A stretch of 64,000 nucleotides of DNA from a virus, in the IMG/VR virus record IMGVR_UViG_3300017971_004103, positions 1 to 64,000 of that record; one strand, written 5' to 3'. Below, one piece after another: positions 46,257-56,829 of the stretch (its first letter is position 1; every line of letters begins with the position of its first letter). The notes beneath the pieces are model-generated. The model made no database searches. It was given only the letters and a program-made list of their open reading frames with translations, and had not been told where the DNA came from. A program made the position numbers and the translations under genes.

Positions 46257-46948
46257 TGGCAAGAGTAGAACCATTCATATCAATAGTTACCAGGGCACAC
46301 AATCGGCTTGAATATACAATCAGGTGTGTAAACGCCGTGCGGAATAATACCCTATATCCAAACTACGAACACATTATTGTTTCTCAGGGATCAACTGACG
46401 GAACGGTTGAATGGTTGAACTGGATTAAAAAAGATATGCCTAATCAATCCCACTTTTCACGGGTACGGGCATTTCACCCCGGCAAAAACTTGGGTAGTTT
46501 GGGGGGAACATTATATGCCTTAGAAAAAATACAGACTGATCTTATAGTAGTTCTCGATAATGATATGGAGGTGCCAAGGGATTGGCTTCGTAAAATGGAG
46601 CATGTTTGGCACACCCTTTATCCATCAACCAAGGGATTAATTGCGGTAATGGCAAGGCGAATCGGCGTTACAAAAACAAAGAAATGTAATTTTTATGCAC
46701 ATTATAATTATGGCAAAATGATACTTTCTGTTTGGACAACCTCTGACCCTGGCGCCTGTTTCATGTTCAAGAGAAAATCCCTATTAGAACATAGAAATGA
46801 AATGACCGAGCACTTACATGTTGGGAGATATGGAAAAACTTTCAAAATACTAGAGGTTGAAGTTACTCATATGGAGGGTGCCAATTTAGGTGGGGAAGGA
46901 AGTTATTTGCAGAATTTAAAATATAAGCCGAATGGTAAAAAGGCATGA
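46256..46948 (+). CDS. GT2 glycosyltransferase
   Basis: ISIVTRAHNR, SQGSTDGT, VLDNDM. Confidence 0.8.
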   Translation: MARVEPFISIVTRAHNRLEYTIRCVNAVRNNTLYPNYEHIIVSQGSTDGTVEWLNWIKKDMPNQSHFSRVRAFHPGKNLGSLGGTLYALEKIQTDLIVVLDNDMEVPRDWLRKMEHVWHTLYPSTKGLIAVMARRIGVTKTKKCNFYAHYNYGKMILSVWTTSDPGACFMFKRKSLLEHRNEMTEHLHVGRYGKTFKILEVEVTHMEGANLGGEGSYLQNLKYKPNGKKA

Positions 46949-48093
46949 GCGATCCCAGACCAGATATGTATCTCTACTACAAACAGTTAATGGATCATTT
47001 AAATTGGGATGAAACTAAAATTTTTAATGGTGAATTAATTTATCCCCGTCAATTTGAGATTCATTTACCGGCAAACCATAAGAGGCCATGCAATCTGGCA
47101 TGTCCTGCATGTGCCGGAGCTTTTTTTGATAAATCACTAGGCCGATGGGAAATAGATTGTCTGGAATTACTCGATAAACTTCAGGGCAAAATTCCCTATC
47201 ATATCTATGGCGGTGCATATACTGAGCCCCTACTAAATCCCTACTTTATTACCTTTATGGCCATGACCAAAAAATGGGGTAATCATTTCGGCATCCACAC
47301 TAACGGGACACACCTCGATGACCTTGAAACAAAATACGGCTTATTGACAGAGCTCAATAAGTTATCTACTGATGATGTAGACTATTTATCAATTAGCATT
47401 GATGCTGGACTGCCCTGGAGTTGGGGAAAGACTAAGGGCACGAAAAAGCGGAAAATGTTTGGAGATATTTTAGAGGGAATAAGGCGGGCTTGTGAAATCA
47501 GAAAGAATGCCGGTGGTGGACATGCAATCAGATTGTGCTATTTGATTTCTTCCGCCAGTGGGAATATTGAGGATTTTAATGCCATAGTATCAATTGCTAA
47601 AAGTTTGGGTGTAGATAGTCTCAGATTTAGCATACCTTTCGGGAGCTACAATCAGAGCTTTGATAAAATCCGAGAATATAAGGCCAACACGGAAATCCCC
47701 GGCCATACCGTTTACGAGAAATTACTTGAGCCGATTGTATCAAAAAGCAAAGACGAAAGACCATATATATTTTATACGGGGCCGGAATATACGGACATTG
47801 ATAAGTATGACTTTACAGTTTGTGCCTACGGATATTATCAAGTCACTGTTTCCGCCGATGGTTATTTTTATAAGTGTAGTACGACTGCAACTCCTACGGG
47901 CAAGCAATGCAGAATTGGAAAGATGTCCCCCGACCTAGAGAAATTTAAAAAGGTTATCATGAGAAACCAGAACCTAAAATGGGATTGCCGGAAAATGTGT
48001 TTTGACAAGGGCTTACGAGGAAACCGCATGGCATTAGAAATCAACACCATAGTTAATGAATTGCTTGAAGGCAAGTCTGAAAGTGCAACATAA
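46945..48093 (+). CDS. radical SAM protein (SPASM/twitch-like C-terminus)
   Basis: CNLACPAC, GGAYTEPL, HTNG, C-terminal C...ADGYFYKC. Confidence 0.8.
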   Translation: MSDPRPDMYLYYKQLMDHLNWDETKIFNGELIYPRQFEIHLPANHKRPCNLACPACAGAFFDKSLGRWEIDCLELLDKLQGKIPYHIYGGAYTEPLLNPYFITFMAMTKKWGNHFGIHTNGTHLDDLETKYGLLTELNKLSTDDVDYLSISIDAGLPWSWGKTKGTKKRKMFGDILEGIRRACEIRKNAGGGHAIRLCYLISSASGNIEDFNAIVSIAKSLGVDSLRFSIPFGSYNQSFDKIREYKANTEIPGHTVYEKLLEPIVSKSKDERPYIFYTGPEYTDIDKYDFTVCAYGYYQVTVSADGYFYKCSTTATPTGKQCRIGKMSPDLEKFKKVIMRNQNLKWDCRKMCFDKGLRGNRMALEINTIVNELLEGKSESAT

Positions 48094-49027
48094 ATATACG
48101 GGGACAATATGTGCACCATCCAGATACCGCAAGGAAGCATGCCTAACCGACCGCTATGCTCTTTTGCTAGAATCTCTTGCCAGGAAATTAAACTGGAAAC
48201 TTCTGTTTGCAGACAATATCCGACGTCCCAAATTAGAGGGGAATACATTATTCCTATTTAAAATCCCAATTAATGAGCGTAGGAGCCCTGTATTACCGGT
48301 TAATGAAATCCCTCCCCAAATGAAAGTCATTTGCTATATGACTGACCTACAGATTAATCAAAAGCAATATGGTTATCGGTATATCAAAAATTGTGATCGC
48401 ATGTTTAAGCGGGCAGATATTATCCTTTGCCCGAACGTGCGATCCTTTTATCAGCGGTGGCAAAAGTATTTTTCCAAGCTAATCTTTTTCCCTCATTTTA
48501 TTGCCCCGACAAGTAGATATAAACGATTGACTCAAATTAGTCACCAGACAAAGAAAGCTCTGCTTATTGGATTGATAGGTAAGAAAGAATATCCATTTAG
48601 GTTATTCTTGCGGCAATTGCAATCGGATTTAATTGAAGAAGTCCCGCACCCTGGCGATAGATTTGACGTTTATGAACGATTAGAGAGCGGTTATAAGATC
48701 AGAGATGCTTATGCCGAAACCATCAACCAATATGTGTGCGCTATTGCATCGAGTAGTCGATATCATTATGTATTGGGAAAACATTTTGAAATCCCAGCAT
48801 CCAATTCTATCTTATTGGCAAACGAGATTCCAGAACTAGCCAAGTGTGGATTTATGGCCAACGAACACTATATACCCATAAGCAAAAAGAATGCCCGTGA
48901 AATAATTGAAGATGTTACCCAAAATTCTTGGAAATATAGCCACATAAGAGAGAATGCAAGAAATCTTGTTTTTAGTAGACATACCATTGAACATAGAATT
49001 GAACAAATTATTCAAATGGTAAGTTAA
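48056..49027 (+). CDS. GT-B glycosyltransferase (Glyco_trans_1_2/CgeB-like)
   Basis: KHFEIPAS...HYIPI...IRENARNLVFSRHT. Confidence 0.75.
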   Translation: MNCLKASLKVQHKYTGTICAPSRYRKEACLTDRYALLLESLARKLNWKLLFADNIRRPKLEGNTLFLFKIPINERRSPVLPVNEIPPQMKVICYMTDLQINQKQYGYRYIKNCDRMFKRADIILCPNVRSFYQRWQKYFSKLIFFPHFIAPTSRYKRLTQISHQTKKALLIGLIGKKEYPFRLFLRQLQSDLIEEVPHPGDRFDVYERLESGYKIRDAYAETINQYVCAIASSSRYHYVLGKHFEIPASNSILLANEIPELAKCGFMANEHYIPISKKNAREIIEDVTQNSWKYSHIRENARNLVFSRHTIEHRIEQIIQMVS

Positions 49028-49999
49028 ATGATCAAAGCATTTATTACTGGTGGGGCAGGATTTATCGGTAGTCACCTAGTGGATGCCCTAATAGACAAAT
49101 ATGATATTACTGTTTATGACAATCTAAGTTCCGGGAATAAGGAATTTCTAAGACCGCACCTTGACAAATCTAAAATCAAATTTATCTGCGGCGACTTGTT
49201 GGATAGAAAGAAACTACAGCAAAGCATTGCAGGTCATGACATTGTTTATCACTTAGCCGCCAATTCTAATGTTAAGCCCGATATCCCGTCTACTGAACTT
49301 GATCTTACACAGGGAACAATAGCTACTTATAGTGTTATTGAATCAATGCGGCTAACCGGAATAAGGGACATTGTTTTTTCTTCTAGCTCTGTAGTTTATG
49401 GAAAGCCGGAAGTTTTCCCCACCCCAGAGAACTACGGGCCACTCTTACCTATTTCCCTGTATGGTGCAAGCAAGCTGGCATGTGAATCTCTAATAACTGC
49501 CTTTTGTCATATGTTTAATATGAGATGTTGGATTTTTAGGTTTGCTAATATTGTAGGTACACGACAGACACATGGAATAATATTTGATTTCCTAAACAAG
49601 CTATTATCAAATCCCAGTGAACTTGAAATATTGGGAAATGGCAAACAAAAGAAATCATATCTATTGGTTAGGGAATGTATTGAGGGAATAATTTTAGGTG
49701 TAGAAAAAGCACGGGATAAAATTAATGTATACAATCTTGGTAGTACCAGCCAGGTTGAGGTAGACGAAATAGCCAATATTCTTGTCAATGAGAGAGGGTT
49801 AAGTACAATAAGATTCAGGCATACGGGCGGCGAAGGTGGCTGGCCCGGAGATGTTCCGGCGATGCTACTTGATGTTACTAAAATAAACAGACTAGGGTGG
49901 AAGGCTCGATACAATTCTAAAGAGGCAATATGCCAAGCGATAAAAGATACCGTAAAATCCAAGCAGTCATCCTTGCGGGAGGGTTGGGTACTCGGCTAA
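49028..49999 (+). CDS. NAD-dependent epimerase/dehydratase (extended SDR)
   Basis: TGGAGFIGSH, SSSSVVYG, YGASK. Confidence 0.93.
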   Translation: MIKAFITGGAGFIGSHLVDALIDKYDITVYDNLSSGNKEFLRPHLDKSKIKFICGDLLDRKKLQQSIAGHDIVYHLAANSNVKPDIPSTELDLTQGTIATYSVIESMRLTGIRDIVFSSSSVVYGKPEVFPTPENYGPLLPISLYGASKLACESLITAFCHMFNMRCWIFRFANIVGTRQTHGIIFDFLNKLLSNPSELEILGNGKQKKSYLLVRECIEGIILGVEKARDKINVYNLGSTSQVEVDEIANILVNERGLSTIRFRHTGGEGGWPGDVPAMLLDVTKINRLGWKARYNSKEAICQAIKDTVKSKQSSLREGWVLG

Positions 50000-50667
50000 G
50001 GCCTCTTACTCACGAAGTTCCTAAACCTATGATCATAATAAGAAATAAACCCTTTCTTTATTATCAAATCATATATTTAAAACGATCCGGTATAAAAAAT
50101 ATTTTACTTTTAGTGGGTTATTTGGGCGATCAAATTAAAAATTATTTTGGCGATGGAAGTATATTTGGATTGTCCATAAAATACTCGGAAGATAAACATT
50201 GTCTCGGTACAGGCGGTGCAATAAAACAAGCAGCGCAATTACTTGATGACAGCTTTTTTTTAATTTATGGAGATTCATTTTTACCAATTGAATACGATAA
50301 AATATTTGAACGATTTATTGAAAATGGCAAAAGGGGTCTTTTAGTGATTTCCCATAATAGTGACCCTTTTGCAAGGGGCAATATTACCATAGACAAAGAT
50401 TCAAATATTATAAGATATGAAAAAGATGGTAGCAATAGTCGCTTGAAATACATTGATGCTGGTGTTGGTGTTCTTAGTAAGGATATTTTAACCTTTTTAG
50501 GACAACATGAGATTACTTCATTGGAAAAAGAAGGATTCCCCGAATTAATCAAACATAAAGAATTGGCAGGGTTTATTACAGATGAGAGATTTTATGATAT
50601 TGGGACAGTGGCGGGATTGAATAAGTTCAGGAGGCGGTTAAATGATTATTTCCCGTACACCATGTAG
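49930..50667 (+). CDS. hddC: sugar-phosphate nucleotidyltransferase, probable D-glycero-alpha-D-manno-heptose 1-phosphate guanylyltransferase
   Basis: ILAGGLGTRL...PKPM...LGTGGAI...FYDIGT; adjacent to hddA and gmhA. Confidence 0.75.
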   Translation: MPSDKRYRKIQAVILAGGLGTRLRPLTHEVPKPMIIIRNKPFLYYQIIYLKRSGIKNILLLVGYLGDQIKNYFGDGSIFGLSIKYSEDKHCLGTGGAIKQAAQLLDDSFFLIYGDSFLPIEYDKIFERFIENGKRGLLVISHNSDPFARGNITIDKDSNIIRYEKDGSNSRLKYIDAGVGVLSKDILTFLGQHEITSLEKEGFPELIKHKELAGFITDERFYDIGTVAGLNKFRRRLNDYFPYTM

Positions 50668-51610
50668 GGTTAGTTTTGCTGGGGGGGGTACAGATTTACG
50701 GGCATTTTATCAACATGAGCCTGGTGCAGTAGTGGGAACGGCAATTGATAAGTACATATACATTACCATCAATAAACGATTTGATGAAACTATTCGGGCG
50801 GGTTATTCTAAAACAGAAATTGTGGATGATGTAGCACAGATTCAGCATCCCATCATTAGAGAAGCCATGAAGATTACCGGGGTTACTAGCGGGATAGAAA
50901 TAACATCCATTGCAGACCTGCCCGCAGGAACGGGCATGGGAACATCGAGCAGCTTTGCTGTTGGACTTCTCAATGCGTTATATGCGTATAAAAATGAACA
51001 CAAAACCGCAGAAGAACTTGCAAGGGATGCCGTTAAGATCGAAGTCAATATTTTAAAAGAGCCCATAGGAAAGCAGGATCAGTATTTTGCTGCGTATGGT
51101 GGGCTGAAGCATTTTGTGTTTAACTCAGATGAAACGGTATATGTGGAACCCATTATTTGTTATGAAAAAACCAGGAAGACCCTCGGTGAAAATCTTTTGC
51201 TTTTTTATACTGGGATTACCAGAAATGCTAATTCTGTTCTAAAAAAACAAAAGGAGTCTACCGAGAAAAAAATGATATATCTGGGGCACATGAAAGAGAT
51301 GGCACAAAACATTTCAAATGCCTTAGTTGAAAATGATTTAAGTTGTCTGGGAACATTTTTAAATGATGGATGGCAAAGTAAAAAGCAGCTTGTAGATACT
51401 ATTAGCAATCCGGTTATTGATTTCTATTATGAGAGAGGGATTGCGGCAGGTGCAAGCGGCGGTAAGCTACTCGGTGCAGGTAATGGTGGGTTTCTACTCT
51501 TTTATTGTACTCCACAGAATCAAGCAAAATTAAGGAATGTACTGGGATTGAGAGAGATTTCATTTTCCCTTGAGCCGCAGGGAAGCAAGATTATTTATGT
51601 AGGTAATTAA
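50642..51610 (+). CDS. hddA: D-glycero-alpha-D-manno-heptose 7-phosphate kinase (GHMP family)
   Basis: SRTPCRVSFAGGGTD, LPAGTGMGTSS, GKQDQY, GGKLLGAGNGGF. Confidence 0.88.
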   Translation: MIISRTPCRVSFAGGGTDLRAFYQHEPGAVVGTAIDKYIYITINKRFDETIRAGYSKTEIVDDVAQIQHPIIREAMKITGVTSGIEITSIADLPAGTGMGTSSSFAVGLLNALYAYKNEHKTAEELARDAVKIEVNILKEPIGKQDQYFAAYGGLKHFVFNSDETVYVEPIICYEKTRKTLGENLLLFYTGITRNANSVLKKQKESTEKKMIYLGHMKEMAQNISNALVENDLSCLGTFLNDGWQSKKQLVDTISNPVIDFYYERGIAAGASGGKLLGAGNGGFLLFYCTPQNQAKLRNVLGLREISFSLEPQGSKIIYVGN

Positions 51611-51613
51611 AAA

Positions 51614-52186
51614 ATGGAAAAAAGCATTACAGCATATTTAGATAATCTCAAAAATTGCATCAATGATATTTCAATAGAGAAGATTGAGAAGATCATCAAT
51701 CTTATCTACCGGGCTTATAAAAACAACAGACAGATATTTATTATTGGAAATGGTGGAAGCGCTGCCACTGCAAGTCATTTTGCCTGTGATTTGGGTAAGG
51801 GAACAGCCTTCAGGGGTAGGCCAAGAATGAGGGTGATTTGTCTTAATGATAATATCCCACTCATTACGGCCATATCAAATGATTGGGACTATGATCAAAT
51901 CTTTAAAGAACAATTAATGAATCTTGTTAATTCGGGAGATATATTAATCAGCATTAGCTGTTCGGGCAACTCTAAAAACATATTGAATGCTGTTAATTAT
52001 GTAAAATCAAAGGGGATAACTAATATCGGGTTTACGGGGTTCGGTGATGAGGGTGCATTAAAACATATTGTTGATGAATACATATCTATCAATAGCACGA
52101 ATTATGGCATTGTTGAAGATGCTCACCTTACACTGGTTCATGCAATTTCTCAGGCCATAAGAAAGAAAATTATTGATGAATGGTAA
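51614..52186 (+). CDS. gmhA: phosphoheptose isomerase (SIS domain)
   Basis: GNGGSAATASHFACDL, TAISND, SCSGNSKN, VEDAH. Confidence 0.9.
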   Translation: MEKSITAYLDNLKNCINDISIEKIEKIINLIYRAYKNNRQIFIIGNGGSAATASHFACDLGKGTAFRGRPRMRVICLNDNIPLITAISNDWDYDQIFKEQLMNLVNSGDILISISCSGNSKNILNAVNYVKSKGITNIGFTGFGDEGALKHIVDEYISINSTNYGIVEDAHLTLVHAISQAIRKKIIDEW

Positions 52187-53720
52187 TTTACATTTCTTAT
52201 TTATATATCCAGACATGGGAACGGACACTGCAAGTTTTTCACCGGCCATACAATTATTATCTGCAATTTTAAAGGATCGGGGAATAGATGTTAGCCTGGT
52301 TCATTTAAATAATCCCCACATGATACCAGATGACAAATCTTTCATATTGGCGGAAATTAAAAAACACAATCCAAATGTCATAGGTTTTACAGCGACAAGT
52401 TTTCAATTCACAAGGGCAAATAAAATCGCAGGATATATCAAAAAAGAGTATCCCCGTAAAACCATAATATTAGGGGGAACTCACGCCACTATTAAACCAG
52501 AAGATTTACGGGAATCTAATTTTGATGCTTTTTGTATTGGGGAGGGAGATGAGGCACTACCAGAATTCTTAGAAAAAATCGCTAGCAAACAGGATCATTC
52601 TAGTGTAAATAATTTCCATGTTAAATTAAAAGATGGAACTATTAAAAAAAATCCAATAAGGCCATTCATTAAGGATTTAAATTTTTTACCCCATTGGGAT
52701 ATGAACATAATGGATATGCCAAAACTCATTAAAATTAGAAAGGGATGGCTCAGCATATCTTTTTCCAGGGGGTGTCCATATAGATGTGCATTTTGTATAA
52801 ACCCACTACTTCTGAAATTGAACGTTCCCGAAGGGGAATGCATAGAAGGATATTGCAGAAAAAGAAGTGTTGATAACGTTATTAATGAATTAGTAATTAT
52901 TATTGAAAAATTCAAGGGCAGTATTTCAGTAATCAACTTTGACGATGATTTGTTAATGCTGGATAGGGCATGGATACTTGCATTTACCGAAAAATACATG
53001 ACCAGGATTTTTCATCCCCATAACATTCAATATGTTTTTAATTGTAGGGCTAATACCATTGACCATGAAATAGCCCAGGCGCTTTCACGAAGTGGATGTC
53101 TGGAGCTGAGAATTGGATTAGAGACGGGCGATGAAACATTACGGAATACGATATTAAACAAACGGGTTTCCAACGATGAATTGAGGCGGGCATTTTCAAT
53201 TGCCGACCAGCATGGAATTCATACCAATGCATTTGTAATGCTTGGTTTGCCGGGTGAATCACAACCAACCATCAATGCAACACTTAAATTGATTGCCGAC
53301 ATTAGGCCGTTTCTTATTCGCATGACATTTCTTTATCCATACTACCGAACCCAAATTTATGATTATTGTGTTAAGCACAATCTTATTAAACCGGAATACT
53401 ATACATTATCGAATTCATTTACGGAGTCACCACTCCGATTTCATTTGCTGGACGACAATAATCTGCTTTCTAATCGATTATTCTTTCCTTGGTATGCTAA
53501 TCTATTAATATGTGATGATCCATCAATTTATTTAGATAGAATCTGGCATTATGGAGCAATGAAATTAAAACAACTACGACAAAAACAAACCTTTAAAAAC
53601 ATATTGAATGATGATAAAGCCTTGAGCCAGACCATGACTAAGAGGGAGATCCCCCACTACAAATATTTCAGTGACAATAGAAACTATTTTCATCTCAAGG
53701 GTAAATATGGGTTCAACTAG
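52173..53720 (+). CDS. B12-binding radical SAM protein
   Basis: ILGGTHAT..GEGD (B12 domain), SRGCPYRCAFC, GLETG, MLGLPGE. Confidence 0.9.
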   Translation: MMNGNLHFLFIYPDMGTDTASFSPAIQLLSAILKDRGIDVSLVHLNNPHMIPDDKSFILAEIKKHNPNVIGFTATSFQFTRANKIAGYIKKEYPRKTIILGGTHATIKPEDLRESNFDAFCIGEGDEALPEFLEKIASKQDHSSVNNFHVKLKDGTIKKNPIRPFIKDLNFLPHWDMNIMDMPKLIKIRKGWLSISFSRGCPYRCAFCINPLLLKLNVPEGECIEGYCRKRSVDNVINELVIIIEKFKGSISVINFDDDLLMLDRAWILAFTEKYMTRIFHPHNIQYVFNCRANTIDHEIAQALSRSGCLELRIGLETGDETLRNTILNKRVSNDELRRAFSIADQHGIHTNAFVMLGLPGESQPTINATLKLIADIRPFLIRMTFLYPYYRTQIYDYCVKHNLIKPEYYTLSNSFTESPLRFHLLDDNNLLSNRLFFPWYANLLICDDPSIYLDRIWHYGAMKLKQLRQKQTFKNILNDDKALSQTMTKREIPHYKYFSDNRNYFHLKGKYGFN

Positions 53721-54699
53721 GGTATATGATGGAACGGTTTTTCTACCGGCAAGAATTTCCAAAGAACAACATCCATCTGATTGGTCAAGCCTTTTTGCCG
53801 AAACACTTGCCAAGACCTTTAGCTGGAAAATAGTTTGTTCTAACAAATTATTGCCAAGTGATATAGAGGGAGAAATATTATTTACAATCAAAGCCCCCCA
53901 ATTGGGTTATCCCAATGTACTGACTACAATCGACAAGATAAGCAAAGATATAAAAATAGTGAATTACCTACAGGATATTAGGGGTGACGATCAAAATTAT
54001 TTGCGGTATATGCATCAAATGCTAGAAAGGTCTGATCTTATTCTCTATTCCTATAAAGAATCTTTTGAAAATGGTTGGCCTGAATATATCAAAAAAGGAG
54101 TTTACTTTCCCGTATTTATTATTCCATCAGAACGATTTTTATCGTTAGAACAAGACATAAATGCCCAGGAGAAGAAATGCCTTGTTATAGGCTGCACTGA
54201 CAGAAAATGGTATCCCCTTAGACATAAGGCAACTATGCTATCGCGGGATTTATTCAATGTCATTCCCCACCCAGGCTATGATATTTCCTTTAATCAATTG
54301 GCCGAAAGAAAGAATAGGAAATTTGTAGATGCCATTGAGTATGCTGAAATGATGAATAAGCATATTTGTTGCGTGACCTCTACGCTCAATAATGAATGTT
54401 CTAATCGTACCAATCATTGGGTAGTTCTTAAATTGTTTGAAATCATGGCTGCCGGATCAATTTTGATAAGTGATTGGTGTGAGGAAATGAATGGGCTGGG
54501 ATTCATTGATGGAATTAATTTCATAGATGCTGATGCCAATAACTTAGAGGAAAAGGTTGGGGATATTGTAGGAAACCCAGCGAAATATGAGAAAATCAGT
54601 AAAGAGGGAAGGGCCTTCGTTAAAAACAATCATACAATAGAAAGGCGAATAGAATCTCTCAAAAAAATATTGAGGAATATTGGATATAGAAACTCATAA
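53671..54699 (+). CDS. GT-B glycosyltransferase (Glyco_trans_1_2/CgeB-like), paralogue of 48056..49027
   Basis: KLFEIMAAG...GRAFVKNNHTIERR. Confidence 0.75.
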   Translation: MTIETIFISRVNMGSTRVYDGTVFLPARISKEQHPSDWSSLFAETLAKTFSWKIVCSNKLLPSDIEGEILFTIKAPQLGYPNVLTTIDKISKDIKIVNYLQDIRGDDQNYLRYMHQMLERSDLILYSYKESFENGWPEYIKKGVYFPVFIIPSERFLSLEQDINAQEKKCLVIGCTDRKWYPLRHKATMLSRDLFNVIPHPGYDISFNQLAERKNRKFVDAIEYAEMMNKHICCVTSTLNNECSNRTNHWVVLKLFEIMAAGSILISDWCEEMNGLGFIDGINFIDADANNLEEKVGDIVGNPAKYEKISKEGRAFVKNNHTIERRIESLKKILRNIGYRNS

Positions 54700-55975
54700 T
54701 TGCATTCTCGGTGGGGGCCTGGCAGGATTAAGCACAGGTCTTTTCCTGGAAGGCAAGACTACAATAATAGAAAGGGAGGCAGCACTCGGCGGTTTATGCA
54801 AAAGCATCCAGAAAGATGGTTTTACATTTGATTGTGTGGGTGGCCATATTCTCTTTTCGCGAAATAAAGATATTTTAAAATTAATCATAGACATACTTGA
54901 GCCCAATTATGAAACGAAATATAGAAATGTTAAGATATATTATAGGGGTAAATACCTTAAATACCCCTTTGAAAATGGACTGTCGGGCTTACCATTAAAA
55001 GAAAACATAGAATGTCTATACCATTATCTATTTAATGATTCAAAAACCCCCACCAACTTCAAAGAATGGCTTTATCATATATTCGGCAGGGGAATTGCTG
55101 AAAAATATTTGGTTCCCTACAATGAGAAAATATGGAAAACAGATTTGTCGAAAATGGATTTACAGTGGGTTAGTAGAATTCCCAAGCCCCCCACCCTAGA
55201 CATAATTAAATCATCCATTGGCATTTCTACTGAAGGATATAAACATCAATTATATTTTGTTTATCCCAAAACCGGGGGCATTCAATCATTAATTGATTCT
55301 ATGAAAAAGAAACTTCCAGCAAATGTAGATACTATTAAAAACTTCCCGGTCACAAAAATTTATCGGCAGAATAATCAATGGGTTGTTTCCGATGGAAAGC
55401 GCAAGGTCAAGTGTAATGTTTTGATTTCTACAATTCCCATATTTGATCTTATTGGAGCGCTTGATAATGTACCAGGTAAAATCAAAAATGCCTTGAATGG
55501 GCTAAGATATAATTCCTTAATTACCGTACTACTTGGTTTGAACTGTAAGAATCAATCTAATTTCTTAAGTGTATATTTCCCGAATAAGCATGATATTTAT
55601 CATAGAATTTGTTTCATGGAAAACTTTAGCAAGCATAATGTTCCACCCCGCAAATCGTCACTTATGGCAGAAATAACGATAAGACCCGAAGGTGGGAATA
55701 AGAGTGACGATAAAATCATTAATGATGTTATTAATGACTTAGATGCTAAAAAAATTATAAACAAAAAAGATGTTTGTTATGGTAGGGTTATTCGCACGAA
55801 ATATGCCTATGTAGTATATGATGAGGGTTATCAAAAAAACATTACCATGCTGAGGGATTACATTAATAAACTTGGTATATATCTTTGTGGCAGATTTGCC
55901 GAGTTCAAATATCTGAATATGGATGGTTGCATTGAGCACGGATTAAAACTTGCAAATAAGTTAAATCGAATATGA
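54680..55975 (+). CDS. FAD-dependent oxidoreductase (UDP-galactopyranose mutase / amine oxidase-like)
   Basis: ILGGGLAGLS, GGLCKS..DGFTFD, PYNEKIW, GRFAEFKYLNMD. Confidence 0.8.
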   Translation: MDIETHNCILGGGLAGLSTGLFLEGKTTIIEREAALGGLCKSIQKDGFTFDCVGGHILFSRNKDILKLIIDILEPNYETKYRNVKIYYRGKYLKYPFENGLSGLPLKENIECLYHYLFNDSKTPTNFKEWLYHIFGRGIAEKYLVPYNEKIWKTDLSKMDLQWVSRIPKPPTLDIIKSSIGISTEGYKHQLYFVYPKTGGIQSLIDSMKKKLPANVDTIKNFPVTKIYRQNNQWVVSDGKRKVKCNVLISTIPIFDLIGALDNVPGKIKNALNGLRYNSLITVLLGLNCKNQSNFLSVYFPNKHDIYHRICFMENFSKHNVPPRKSSLMAEITIRPEGGNKSDDKIINDVINDLDAKKIINKKDVCYGRVIRTKYAYVVYDEGYQKNITMLRDYINKLGIYLCGRFAEFKYLNMDGCIEHGLKLANKLNRI

Positions 55976-56829
55976 CAAATATAGTATTAATAGGACATGG
56001 CTACTGGGGCAAAAAGCTGGAGAATTACATTCCGGCTTTTTTTAATTTAAGGCATGTCTGTAATTTAAAAACAGATATGTCAAAAGTATGGGACGATGTT
56101 GAGGCTGTGATAATAGCCACGCCGATTGAAACACATTATAGTATTGCGATGGGTGCGCTCTTACGCGGGAAGCATGTCTTTTGCGAAAAACCCATAACCC
56201 TGAAAATAGGTGAGGCTTTAAGATTACGACATACTGCGAATGAAAGAAACCTAAAAATAGGGGTTGAGTATACATTTCAGTTTTCCCAGGGCATCCAGCA
56301 CATGATCCGCGAACTTCCCAGGATCGGGAAAATACAGCACATCGAAATGGTATCAAGGCACCTTGGCCGGTTCATGAATCATAATGTCTATTGGTTACTG
56401 GCCTCTCACTATATGGCGGTGCTTGATCGGATAGTTGATTTGGATTTGTTGAATTGGGAAGATATTGACTGCGTTAAAAATGAAAAAATTGTTACCACGG
56501 GGTTATTGGATTTTTGGAATAATGATCTAACCGGAACGATAAATGTAAGTATCAACTATCCGGGTAAGGATAATAATATCACCATTTATGGTGAAGTGGG
56601 TACTATTAAATTCAATTCGATTTCTGGGAAACTTGAGATTGCCGAATATGATAAAATCCCAATGGCGTTACCCCCCGAACTTACTCAATGCCATGATGAA
56701 TATTATACCGATGAGAAACACAACTTGAGATATGCCATGCAGTATTTCAAAGATTTGATTGACGGGAAAGTCGAATCGAATATTGATACGGCAATTAAGA
56801 TTACTCGGATACTAGGAGAAATTGATTGA
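55972..56829 (+). CDS. Gfo/Idh/MocA oxidoreductase
   Basis: IGHGYWG, IATPIETH, GKHVFCEKP. Confidence 0.88.
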   Translation: MTNIVLIGHGYWGKKLENYIPAFFNLRHVCNLKTDMSKVWDDVEAVIIATPIETHYSIAMGALLRGKHVFCEKPITLKIGEALRLRHTANERNLKIGVEYTFQFSQGIQHMIRELPRIGKIQHIEMVSRHLGRFMNHNVYWLLASHYMAVLDRIVDLDLLNWEDIDCVKNEKIVTTGLLDFWNNDLTGTINVSINYPGKDNNITIYGEVGTIKFNSISGKLEIAEYDKIPMALPPELTQCHDEYYTDEKHNLRYAMQYFKDLIDGKVESNIDTAIKITRILGEID